Assembly (NCBI GenBank): GCA_016186485.1 | Contig: JACPLN010000005.1 | Span: 41,256 to 105,255 of the forward strand | Reading direction: 5' to 3' | DNA from: Candidatus Nealsonbacteria bacterium | Lineage (GTDB): Bacteria; Patescibacteriota; Minisyncoccia; Minisyncoccales; UBA6532 | Length of the DNA: 64,000 bases | Shown here: in pieces, positions 17,780 through 26,526 of the stretch | Layout: every line of letters begins with the position of its first letter | Position numbering within the stretch: position 1 is the first letter of the stretch | Made by a program: the position numbers and the translations under genes | Notes under the pieces: model-generated | What the model was told of the DNA's origin: nothing | Seen by the model: only the letters and a program-made list of their open reading frames with translations | Database searches by the model: none

Positions 17780-19045
17780 ATGCAGGCAGTAATTTTGGCA
17801 GCTGGCCAATCATCAAGGTTTTGGCCGCTCAATTACCAGAGAAAATCCTTAATACGAGTTTTGGGAAAACCTCTAATTTTTTATACGGCAGAAGCTCTAA
17901 AAAAACTTGGAATCAAAGAAATTATTATAGTTCAGGGCCAAGAAAGAGACGCAGAGAAATCCCTTTCGGGGCTTGGAATCAAAAATATACGTTACGTTGT
18001 TCAGTCAAAATCCTTGGGAACCGGAGACGCGCTTTTGAGCGCTGGAAAGCTGATAAAAAACGATTTTGTGCTTTTGGGTCCAGCCAAGGCAGACCTATCT
18101 CTTTATTTGCCGAGCATGCTTAAGAGATTTCAGAAGACAAAGGGGAAGATTGTTTTTTTGGGGGCAAAAACTAAAAGGCCGGAAGATTTTGGAATGGCAA
18201 GATTGAAAGCAGGCAAGATTATTGAGATTGTTGAAAATCCAAGGTCCAAAGACAGGCATTCTGACATAAAGACAAGCGAGCTTTATTTTATTCCAAAAGA
18301 TTTCGTATCCTGCCTAAAGAAGATTAAAAAATCGGAAGACAGTTTGATCGGGGCCTTTAATCTTTTTATCAAAGACAGGGGGGGAGAATTGGTAATAGCA
18401 AAACAGAATCCGCTTTCTCTCAAATACCCTTGGGAGGCATTAAGAACAATGAATTTTTTACTTAATAGCAAGAATCTGGAAAACAAAATTTCTTTAAATG
18501 CCAAAATATGCAAAAATACGGTAATAAAAGGCAATGTTTTTATAGATAGCGGCGCGGAAATCGGCGACAACACCGTTATTTTTGGCCCTTGTTACGTCGG
18601 CAAAAACTGCAAAATCGGCGCAAACAACGTAATCCGGGGGCCGGTAAATCTGGAAGAAGAAACAATCACCGGAGCTTTTTCAGAAATTAAAAACTCTCTT
18701 TTTCAGGAGGGCAGCCATATCCACTCGGGATATTTTGGAGATATGGTTATTGGCAGAAACTGCCGTTTTGGAGCAGGATTTGTTTCTGGAAATAGAAGGC
18801 TAGACAGAGGAGAAATCTTTTCTATGGTAAAGGGCAAAAAAATAGGGACGGGATTGACGTACTTCGGAGGAGCAATAGGCGACAGTTCCCGTTTTGGAAT
18901 ACACGTTTCAATGATGCCGGGAGCCCTTATCGGATCTGACTCCAACATTGGACCGCATTCTTTGATATTGGAAAATATTCCCGATAACGCTGTTTTTTAT
19001 AATAAATTTAACTCCGTAATTAAGAAAAATGACAGAAAAATCTAG
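17780..19045 (+). CDS. Sugar-1-phosphate nucleotidyltransferase with C-terminal left-handed beta-helix domain (GlmU/ST0452-like)
   Basis: MQAVILAAGQSSRFWPL NTP-transferase signature; hexapeptide-repeat-rich C-terminus. Confidence 0.65.
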   Translation: MQAVILAAGQSSRFWPLNYQRKSLIRVLGKPLIFYTAEALKKLGIKEIIIVQGQERDAEKSLSGLGIKNIRYVVQSKSLGTGDALLSAGKLIKNDFVLLGPAKADLSLYLPSMLKRFQKTKGKIVFLGAKTKRPEDFGMARLKAGKIIEIVENPRSKDRHSDIKTSELYFIPKDFVSCLKKIKKSEDSLIGAFNLFIKDRGGELVIAKQNPLSLKYPWEALRTMNFLLNSKNLENKISLNAKICKNTVIKGNVFIDSGAEIGDNTVIFGPCYVGKNCKIGANNVIRGPVNLEEETITGAFSEIKNSLFQEGSHIHSGYFGDMVIGRNCRFGAGFVSGNRRLDRGEIFSMVKGKKIGTGLTYFGGAIGDSSRFGIHVSMMPGALIGSDSNIGPHSLILENIPDNAVFYNKFNSVIKKNDRKI

Positions 19046-20195
19046 ATTACAATCGTTTCTCCCGCCTTTTAACCGAGATTTCCTCTCCATTTTTTCGGCT
19101 GATTTTATTTGGGGATTCGGAGCCGGAATGGTGGGGCTTTTCTTGCCGATTTTTTTGTTTAAAGGCCTCGGGTCCTCTATTTTCAACGTGATTTATTTTT
19201 ACCTTGCTTCTTTCGTATTGTTTGCCTTTTTAGTTCCTCTCGGCGCAGAAGTAATGGAAAGAATAAACCTAAAGAGATCAATGATTTTTTCTCTTCCCGC
19301 TCTGGCTATTTATTATTTGGCTTTTTATTTCTTCAACATTTCGGATAAAATTTTAATTTTGGTCCCCGGCCTTTTGGCAATTACCCTTTTCAGAATTTTA
19401 TATTGGGTTCCTTACCATATAGATATCGCTAAATTCGGAGATAAAACAAGGAGAGCCACCCAAATTGCCTATTTTTCTTCAATAAGTTTTACCGCCGAAG
19501 CCTCGGCTCCTCTTTTGGCCGGATTTATCATTGAGAAATTCGGGTTTTCTATCATTTTCTTTGGAGCGGCTGTTTTGGCTGGTTTGGCAATGGTTCCCCT
19601 TTTCTTTTTGGCCCCGATTAAGGAAGAATATACCTTTTCATATTTCCAGACTTTTAGAGAACTTTTCTCAAGAAAAAACTGGAGAATTTTGATAGGTTAC
19701 GGTTCTTGGGGCGCAGAGGAGATGACGGGTTTGGTTATTTGGCCGGTTTTTATTTTCGGCATTTTGAAAGAAAGCTATTCCGCAGTAGGGATTGTTACAG
19801 CTGCTATTTTGTTTTCGGGGACAATACTAAGAATTATAATTGGCAGGTTGGCAGACGGGGAGGGCAAAAGAAAATTATTTATAAACGGAACCCTGCTCTA
19901 CAGCATCGGCTGGATTTTTAGAATGCTGGTGGCCAGCGGTTTTGAAGTATTTTTGGCTGGCGCCTACCATTCTTTTGCCGGCATTATCAGGGGAGTCCCG
20001 CTTGCCGCTTTCCAGTACGAGCAAATGCACGGCAAGGGTCATTTTATTGACGAATATACCGTTTTGAGAGAGGTGGCGATAAATATTGGCAGGATAATAA
20101 TGCTTTTGGGATTTTTGGTTTTGCTTTCGTTTGTCGGCGTAATGTGGACCTTTGTCCTGGCGGCTATCGCCTCTTTCTTGATAAGATTTTTGTAA
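19029..20195 (+). CDS. MFS-type membrane transporter (putative)
   Basis: 388 aa, about 10-12 hydrophobic helices, loop motif GRLADGEGKRK resembling the MFS loop motif. Confidence 0.5.
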   Translation: MTEKSRLQSFLPPFNRDFLSIFSADFIWGFGAGMVGLFLPIFLFKGLGSSIFNVIYFYLASFVLFAFLVPLGAEVMERINLKRSMIFSLPALAIYYLAFYFFNISDKILILVPGLLAITLFRILYWVPYHIDIAKFGDKTRRATQIAYFSSISFTAEASAPLLAGFIIEKFGFSIIFFGAAVLAGLAMVPLFFLAPIKEEYTFSYFQTFRELFSRKNWRILIGYGSWGAEEMTGLVIWPVFIFGILKESYSAVGIVTAAILFSGTILRIIIGRLADGEGKRKLFINGTLLYSIGWIFRMLVASGFEVFLAGAYHSFAGIIRGVPLAAFQYEQMHGKGHFIDEYTVLREVAINIGRIIMLLGFLVLLSFVGVMWTFVLAAIASFLIRFL

Positions 20196-20204
20196 ATTAA
20201 AAAT

Positions 20205-20735
20205 ATGATAAATCCAGATTTTATTTTTTTCGGGGCAATAAATCAGTTTGCGGGCAAATTTACGCCATTGGATTACTTTTCGGTTTTTATCTCAGAATAT
20301 TTCGGTTATATTATTTTAGCGATATTTATTTTTCTGTTTCTTTTTAATATTGAAAAGTATCTTTCAATGTTTATCGTCGGCGTTTTATCCAGCTTCATTG
20401 CCCGTTTTGGCGCAGTGGAACTGATTCGTTTTTTCCTTCCAAAGACAAGGCCTTTTATTGAAAACAATGTTAATTTATTAGTGGACAGGGTAAATCAATC
20501 GTCTTTTCCGTCTGGGCATGCCGCTTTCTTTTTTGCTTTAGCCGCCTCTGTTTATTTTTACAACAAAAAAACCGGCCTATTGTTTTTCGCCGGCGGTCTC
20601 CTTGTTTCCCTAGCTCGTGTTTTTGTCGGCCTTCACTGGCCTTCCGACGTCCTCGCCGGCGCCATTCTCGGCATCGCCACCGCCCTTATCCTTAGGCCAT
20701 TGTTTGGTTTAACTAAGCAAAAAGACCACTTTTGA
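20205..20735 (+). CDS. PAP2-family phosphatase (undecaprenyl-diphosphatase-like)
   Basis: PSGHA and SRVFVGLHWPSDV PAP2 motifs; membrane helices. Confidence 0.75.
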   Translation: MINPDFIFFGAINQFAGKFTPLDYFSVFISEYFGYIILAIFIFLFLFNIEKYLSMFIVGVLSSFIARFGAVELIRFFLPKTRPFIENNVNLLVDRVNQSSFPSGHAAFFFALAASVYFYNKKTGLLFFAGGLLVSLARVFVGLHWPSDVLAGAILGIATALILRPLFGLTKQKDHF

Positions 20736-20759
20736 TCAATATTGTATTTTATCTTTTTG

Positions 20760-20843
20760 TGCCCAGGGAGAGACTTGAACTCTCATGAGATTGCTCTCGC
20801 AGGATTTTGAGTCCTGTGCGTCTGCCAATTCCGCCACCCGGGC
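20760..20843 (-). tRNA. tRNA-Leu (anticodon CAA), long variable arm, no encoded CCA
   Basis: Hand fold: acceptor GCCCGGG/CCTGGGC, anticodon arm CAGGA-CTCAAAA-TCCTG, T arm GAGAG-TTCAAGT-CTCTC. Confidence 0.85.
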
Positions 20844-20871
20844 GAACACTTTTCAATCTTAGCAAAAATAA

Positions 20872-20900
20872 TTGAAAATTTCAAGTATTTTTGCTAGGGT
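20872..20900 (+). promoter_or_regulatory. Candidate parA promoter TTGAAA-N17-TAGGGT (leaderless geometry)
   Basis: -10 ends 6 nt before the ATG at 20907. Confidence 0.4.
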
Positions 20901-20906
20901 TAATTT

Positions 20907-21680
20907 ATGGCGAGGGTGATAGCTATATGCAACAATAAGGGCGGGGTGGGAAAAACCAATGTTGCCGTGAACCTGCCGGTATTTCTGGCTGCTTTCGGTA
21001 AAAAGGTTTTGCTTATTGATTTTGACCATCAGGCAAACGCCACCTATTCTTTGGGGATCAATCCAAATAACCTGCCCCTTTCAATTTACCACGCTTTAAC
21101 CGGCCAAATCACCCCGACATCCATTATCAGGAAAAGCCCGTTTTTTAACTACGAGCTGATGCCCTCGTCCCAGGATCTGGCGGGGGCCGCGGTAGAACTG
21201 GTAAACCTAAAAGACAGAGAATTAAAATTAAGAGAAGTCATTGATAAAATAAGGCAAGATTACGACTTTATCATTATTGACTCTCCGCCGAGCCTCGGCC
21301 TTTTGACTCTTAACGCTTTGGTGGCCGCAGACGAAGTGTTGATTCCGGTGCAGTGCGAATACCTGGCCCTGGAAGGGTTGGGACAATTGATGGCAACAAT
21401 TGAATTGGTCAGAAATAATTTAGGTCACGACTTGAAAGTTACCGGAGCCTTGCTGACCATGTATAACCGTTCCAGCAGGCTTTCAAGGGAGGTGGCTAAA
21501 GAATTGAGAAGGAATTTCCCGGGCTACGTTTTTGAGGCCCAGATCCCAAGAACGGTGGCTTTGGCAGAAGCCCCCAAGTTCGGGAGAACGATTTTGCAAT
21601 ACGCTCCAGTGTCAAGGGGAGCAATGGCATACAGAGAATTGGCAGAAGAATTATTAAATAAAACAACAGAAAAAATATGA
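20907..21680 (+). CDS. parA: Chromosome partitioning ATPase ParA/Soj
   Basis: NNKGGVGKT deviant Walker A; IIDSPPSLG. Confidence 0.9.
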   Translation: MARVIAICNNKGGVGKTNVAVNLPVFLAAFGKKVLLIDFDHQANATYSLGINPNNLPLSIYHALTGQITPTSIIRKSPFFNYELMPSSQDLAGAAVELVNLKDRELKLREVIDKIRQDYDFIIIDSPPSLGLLTLNALVAADEVLIPVQCEYLALEGLGQLMATIELVRNNLGHDLKVTGALLTMYNRSSRLSREVAKELRRNFPGYVFEAQIPRTVALAEAPKFGRTILQYAPVSRGAMAYRELAEELLNKTTEKI

Positions 21681-22543
21681 ATAAATCTTTCGGCAAGGGC
21701 TTGGAATCCTTAATTCCAAAAAAGAAAGCAAAAGAAGAACCGGCTCAAGAAGCCAAAAAGGAGGCGATTTTCTCAATTGAGGTAGAAAAGATAAAGCCCA
21801 ATCCATATCAGCCGAGAAAAGAATTTGATTCAGATGGATTAAAAGCTCTGGCAGAATCAATAAGGGAACACGGCATTTTACAGCCGATTCTTGTTGCCAG
21901 AACGGGGGACGGTTCTTTTCCCGAATACCAGATTATAGCCGGAGAAAGAAGATTGCTGGCTGCAAGATTAGCCGGATTAGTTCAGGTTCCGGTAATAATA
22001 AAGGATCCTTCAGACAAAGATAAACTAGTGGTTTCTTTGGTAGAAAACGTCCAGAGGATTGATTTAAATCCAATGGAAAAAGCCGAAGCCTTTAAACGCC
22101 TTCAGGAAGAATTCGGTTTCACCCAAAAAGAGGTTGCCGATATTTGCGGCAAAAGCCGCGAGGCGGTCGCAAACACGGTAAGGCTTCTGGAGCTGCCGGA
22201 AGAAGTGAAAGACGGGGTCAGGGGCGGGAAGATCAGCGAGGGACATGCCAGGGTGATTTTAATGGCAAAGGAGCCCCAAATACAAAAAGCGGTTTTCGCA
22301 AACATTATAAAAGACGGTTTGAGCGTTCACGGCGCCGAAACCCTAGTCCATAAGTTTTCGGTTTGGCAGCCGAAGAAAAGAACGATTCAATTCATTGAAG
22401 AGTTTAAAGAATTTGAGGATAAATTAAAAGAGGCCATTGGAATTAATACTCTGAAGTTTGGCACAGAAGCCGGCCAGCCAAAACTAACCATTTTCTTTAA
22501 AACCAAAAAGGAAATAGAAAGTCTTATTAAGAGATTTTCTTAA
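21677..22543 (+). CDS. parB: Chromosome partitioning protein ParB/Spo0J
   Basis: ATGA overlap with parA; GERRLLAA and ENVQR ParB-box motifs, HTH region. Confidence 0.9.
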   Translation: MNKSFGKGLESLIPKKKAKEEPAQEAKKEAIFSIEVEKIKPNPYQPRKEFDSDGLKALAESIREHGILQPILVARTGDGSFPEYQIIAGERRLLAARLAGLVQVPVIIKDPSDKDKLVVSLVENVQRIDLNPMEKAEAFKRLQEEFGFTQKEVADICGKSREAVANTVRLLELPEEVKDGVRGGKISEGHARVILMAKEPQIQKAVFANIIKDGLSVHGAETLVHKFSVWQPKKRTIQFIEEFKEFEDKLKEAIGINTLKFGTEAGQPKLTIFFKTKKEIESLIKRFS

Positions 22544-24698
22544 TATCGCTCACGTTTTTTATTTCCCTGACTTTATTGAAAAGTTTTTCCAATTCATCAA
22601 GGTTGAAAATTTCAACCTGCATTTTTATATTGACCGGTTCCCCCGGAAGCTGGAGGTCCGACCTGTAACCTAATATATTTATTCCAAGGTCCGAAATTAC
22701 AGCAGATACATCTTTTAGGAGGCCGATTCTGTCTTGAGCGGCGATTTGGAACCAAACCTGGAACGATTCTTTAAAATCTCTCGGCCAAAAAGCCTGAATT
22801 ATTTTTTTAGGCCATTTTTTTTCTACCAGTTTAAAGTTTTGGCACTCCGTTTTATGTATGGATGCTCCTCTGCTTTTTGTTATATACGCTCCAATCTCGT
22901 CTCCAAACTGGGGAAGGCAGCACTTGGAAATTTTGGTTAGAATTCCGGTAGTTCCCCCGGCCAGCATGACGCTAAATCCGCTTTTTTGCCGGACTATCGG
23001 TTTGTATTTTTGGGTCAGCGGTTTTAAAATCTCTTTTTCTTCAAATAAGCTTTTCAAAATCTGGTTGGTTGCAATTTCTCCTTCTCCGACCGCCACAACT
23101 AAGCTTTCCATGTCTTTACACGAAAATTTTTCCAAAAGCCCTTCTTTTTTTTGCATGGAAATATTTTCAAACGATTTCCCATAGAGTTTTTGCAGCTCTT
23201 TGTTCAGCAATTCAACGCCCTTGTTAAATTTTTCAGGCCTTGAACTTTTTTTGAGCCACTCCCTTATTCTGGCTTTTGCCACGCTGGTTTTTACAAACTC
23301 CAGCCAGTCCCTTGAAGGATTTTTCTTTTTATTGGTAATAATCTCAACCATATCCCCGTTTTTAAGAGCTTGGGAGAGAGGGGTTATTTTCCCGCTTACT
23401 TTGGCCCCCGTGCATCTATTTCCGATTTCGCTATGGACCAAATAAGCAAAGTCTACGGGGGTGGCTCCTTCTGGCAAATCAATGACGTCGCCCTTGGGCG
23501 TGAAAACAAAAATCCTGTTTTTGAAAAAATCAAGCCTAAGGCCTTCCAAGAATTCTTTGGTGCCCGAGATGTTTTTTTGCCAATCGCTCAATTGTGCGAC
23601 CCAGGCAAATTTCCTTTTCTGGGTCTTTAAGTCTATTCCTTCTTTCATTGCCCAGTGGGCGACAATGCCGTATTCGGCCTCCTGGTGCATTTGAGGGGTC
23701 TTTATTTGGATTTCGGTTATCTTTCCGTCAATAGAAAATACGGTCGTATGCAGACTTTGGTATCCCGAGGGTTTTGGCAGGGCAATATAGTCTTTGATGC
23801 GGCCGGGCAAAGGCCTCCAGTTTTTATGTATTACTCCCAGGGCTTTGTAGCATTTTTCAATGTCGTCAACGATAAAACGGAGGGCAACCAAATCATAAAT
23901 TTTTTCAAAATCCATTTCGTACCGCAAAATTTTCTGATAAAGACTCCAATAATGCTTTGCCCTAAAGTCAATGTAGATCGGCTTTATGTTTTCTTTGGCC
24001 AGTATTTTCAGCAAAATTGACCTTACCTTTTTAAGGTATCTTTTTCTCTCTTCGTATTTCTCCTTAACATTTTTTGTCAGCCATTCAAATTCTTTCGGAT
24101 AAAGATAGGGAAAAGATAAGTCTTCAAGCTGGCCCTTTATTTCCCCAATTCCCAGCCTGTTTGCCAGAGGAGCGAATATCTCTAGGGTTTCAAGAGCGAT
24201 CCTTTTTTGCTTTTCTTCCGGTAAAAACTTTAGAGTCTTCATATTGTCCAGCCTGTCCGCCAGCTTTATTAAGATAACCCTTAGATCTTCAGCCATTGCA
24301 AAAAACATCTTTCTCAGGTTTTCCGCCCTAAGATCAATCGGCTCTTTTATTCTTTCTTCTATTGGTTTTAACTCAAGACCGCTTTTGGGGTATCTTAATT
24401 GTCCAAGCTTGCTTACGCCTTCAACCAAAAAAGAAATTTCTTTTCCGAAATTTCTTTCAATATCCGACATGGTGTATTTGGTGTCGTCCGCGACATCATG
24501 CAAGAGGCCGGCAGCAACGGTGTTGGGATCAAGATTTAAATCGGTCAATATCTGGGCCACTCTTATTGGGTGCCAGACATAGTCTTCGCCAGAAAGCCTT
24601 TTTTGCCCCTTGTGGGCTTCTTTGGCGAATTCAAAGGCTTTCTTGATTAGTTCCGGATCCCTGCTTTTTTTAATAATTTGAGGAAGCGGGTTTGACAT
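22527..24698 (-). CDS. rel: Bifunctional (p)ppGpp synthetase/hydrolase (RelA/SpoT homolog)
   Basis: HD domain (HDVADD), synthetase region (YQSLHTTV), TGS and ACT-like C-terminus; 723 aa. Confidence 0.9.
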   Translation of the reverse strand: MSNPLPQIIKKSRDPELIKKAFEFAKEAHKGQKRLSGEDYVWHPIRVAQILTDLNLDPNTVAAGLLHDVADDTKYTMSDIERNFGKEISFLVEGVSKLGQLRYPKSGLELKPIEERIKEPIDLRAENLRKMFFAMAEDLRVILIKLADRLDNMKTLKFLPEEKQKRIALETLEIFAPLANRLGIGEIKGQLEDLSFPYLYPKEFEWLTKNVKEKYEERKRYLKKVRSILLKILAKENIKPIYIDFRAKHYWSLYQKILRYEMDFEKIYDLVALRFIVDDIEKCYKALGVIHKNWRPLPGRIKDYIALPKPSGYQSLHTTVFSIDGKITEIQIKTPQMHQEAEYGIVAHWAMKEGIDLKTQKRKFAWVAQLSDWQKNISGTKEFLEGLRLDFFKNRIFVFTPKGDVIDLPEGATPVDFAYLVHSEIGNRCTGAKVSGKITPLSQALKNGDMVEIITNKKKNPSRDWLEFVKTSVAKARIREWLKKSSRPEKFNKGVELLNKELQKLYGKSFENISMQKKEGLLEKFSCKDMESLVVAVGEGEIATNQILKSLFEEKEILKPLTQKYKPIVRQKSGFSVMLAGGTTGILTKISKCCLPQFGDEIGAYITKSRGASIHKTECQNFKLVEKKWPKKIIQAFWPRDFKESFQVWFQIAAQDRIGLLKDVSAVISDLGINILGYRSDLQLPGEPVNIKMQVEIFNLDELEKLFNKVREIKNVSDIKKIS

Positions 24699-24751
24699 AA
24701 GTTACTTTATATTATATCTTATTTTTAGCTCTTTGACAAGGGGAGAATTGA

Positions 24752-25450
24752 ATGGGAAAATTTCAAATAAATGATACAGAGGCATTAAAGAAAGTAGAGC
24801 ATCCTTTGATTAAAAACAGGGAATTTTACATCCCTGAAAGCTATCGGTTTTACAATAACTTGGCCGAAAAGGATAAGTGGCAAAGAACTAGAGTATGGTT
24901 GGGGCGCGTTATAGACACAATTTATATCAGGTTGCACCGCGATATTGTTTTGGACGCCTTTGCCGGCGCCGGAGTTCTAAGCGCTTTTTATCTTCTTCAT
25001 GGCTACCAGGTTATTGCTATTGAGAAAAATCCCGCTCTGGCTTTGGCGCTAAAAGAAAACGTTAAGAGTTTTATTGCGCCGGCAGCGATTTTTGAAGAAG
25101 ACAATATGGGGGTCTTGACTCTTTTTGAGAATAACGATCCGAGGATAAAAATTATTGACTTAGACCCGTATGGTTCTTGTCTTCCTCAAATTAAAGAGGC
25201 AGCCAGGATTATAAAATCCGGTTTTCTGTTTATTACCTGCGGCGATATTTATGCCGGGAGCCGCTTCAAAAACTGGAGTTTTACTAAAAATCGTTATGGA
25301 ATTGAGTTTTCTGGTCCCGCAAAAGATTATCCCGTAAAAGTTATCTATCCTTTTATTCAAAAAGAATTCCAAAAACGGGATAAATCAACCCAGCTTTTAG
25401 ACTATTTTTCCTTCCCCACCATCTGCCGGTTATTTATTGCGGTATCCTAG
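24752..25450 (+). CDS. Short class I SAM-dependent methyltransferase, Trm1-like (N2-guanine type) motifs
   Basis: LDAFAGAGVLS (motif I) and IDLDPYGS (Trm1-like D-x-DP-[FY]-GS); only 232 aa. Confidence 0.45.
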   Translation: MGKFQINDTEALKKVEHPLIKNREFYIPESYRFYNNLAEKDKWQRTRVWLGRVIDTIYIRLHRDIVLDAFAGAGVLSAFYLLHGYQVIAIEKNPALALALKENVKSFIAPAAIFEEDNMGVLTLFENNDPRIKIIDLDPYGSCLPQIKEAARIIKSGFLFITCGDIYAGSRFKNWSFTKNRYGIEFSGPAKDYPVKVIYPFIQKEFQKRDKSTQLLDYFSFPTICRLFIAVS

Positions 25451-25452
25451 AA

Positions 25453-25481
25453 TTGACAAGATCCAAAAAAGACCCTAGGCT
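25453..25481 (+). promoter_or_regulatory. Candidate promoter TTGACA-N17-TAGGCT
   Basis: Consensus -35; -10 of the TAGGnT type also seen at 20895 and 47694. Confidence 0.4.
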
Positions 25482-25513
25482 AAAGCCGGCAATTTAAAAA
25501 GGTGGACATTGGA

Positions 25514-26500
25514 ATGGCAAACCCGTTTATTCCCAGCCACGAAGCGGTGTGGAAGAATGCGACATTAGTCAGTTTGAACAAAAATAGGTTAAGCTTTTTT
25601 GCAAAAGAGATTCTTGGTATAAATGCAAAAGAAGAAGATTGGCATTACCAGCTTTATCCGGGAGATGATGATCCGGATTTATTTATAGACTTTTTGGGTC
25701 TGGATATGGCTATTTGTTTTGCAACTACCGATTTTGACACCAAGCAGAGATTTGCCGTGAACTACAAGAATAAAGACGGAAGGCCGTGGGCAGGCACTTT
25801 GGCCAATACCGCTTGTATTGCCAGAGCTTTGGACGAAGGAATAGATATGCTTAATCCAAAATTTCTTCAAGAGATAACTCTGAAAGACATGCTTCATATT
25901 TTCAGGACGGATCTTTATCCTCTGCCGATGCTCAAAGAAAGAATGCAGATTTTCAGAGAGGTGGGGTTTGTTCTGGAGAAAAAGTATCAGGGCTCTTTCC
26001 ACAATCTGTTCAGGGAGACAAGTTGGCGGGCTTTTAACAAGGGAAAGGGCATAGTGGAAAGGCTGATGGCTGATTTCCCGTCCTTTTACGACGCCAGCCC
26101 CTATCGTTTGCCCTCGGGAGAATGGAGCACGGTCTATTTCCTCAAAAGGGCCCAGCTTTTTCCGATGATCTACCATGGAAGAGCCATGTCTGTTGCCGAC
26201 TGGCAGAAGATTGAAGACATTGATGAGGTAGGGCCTATCTGCGACTATGTTTTTCCGGGAGTGTTTGAGCATTACGGGATTCTGGAATACGCTCCTATCC
26301 TTCAAGACAAAATAAAAAAAGGGGAACTCATTCCCCGCCATTCAATAGCCGAGATCGAAATGCGGTCGTTCGGCATGCTCTGCCAGTTAAAGCTCTGCGA
26401 GATGACCGGTCTCAAATTTTTCCAGATTGATCCTAAAATATGGTACTGGGGAAGAGACAAACCCGCCCTTCGCTTTCTTTGCCCAACTACCGATTACTAA
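25514..26500 (+). CDS. Queuosine-salvage family (DUF2419/Qng1-like) protein
   Basis: Recalled family pattern: YFLKRAQL..., ERMQIFREVG..GSFHNL, DYVFPGVFEHYGILEY; AGGTGG upstream of the ATG at 25514. Confidence 0.55.
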   Translation: MANPFIPSHEAVWKNATLVSLNKNRLSFFAKEILGINAKEEDWHYQLYPGDDDPDLFIDFLGLDMAICFATTDFDTKQRFAVNYKNKDGRPWAGTLANTACIARALDEGIDMLNPKFLQEITLKDMLHIFRTDLYPLPMLKERMQIFREVGFVLEKKYQGSFHNLFRETSWRAFNKGKGIVERLMADFPSFYDASPYRLPSGEWSTVYFLKRAQLFPMIYHGRAMSVADWQKIEDIDEVGPICDYVFPGVFEHYGILEYAPILQDKIKKGELIPRHSIAEIEMRSFGMLCQLKLCEMTGLKFFQIDPKIWYWGRDKPALRFLCPTTDY

Positions 26501-26526
26501 TAGGGCGAGAATTATTCTCGCTCTTT

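Noticed and set aside
17740-18123. 127-aa ORF starting inside the MITE-like element.
   Set aside because: It is out of frame with, and overlapped by, the nucleotidyltransferase gene, which has a clear family signature.
25679-26341. 220-aa ORF antisense to the Qng1-like gene.
   Set aside because: It is fully embedded antisense in a gene with recognisable family motifs, and it has no RBS or motif support of its own.
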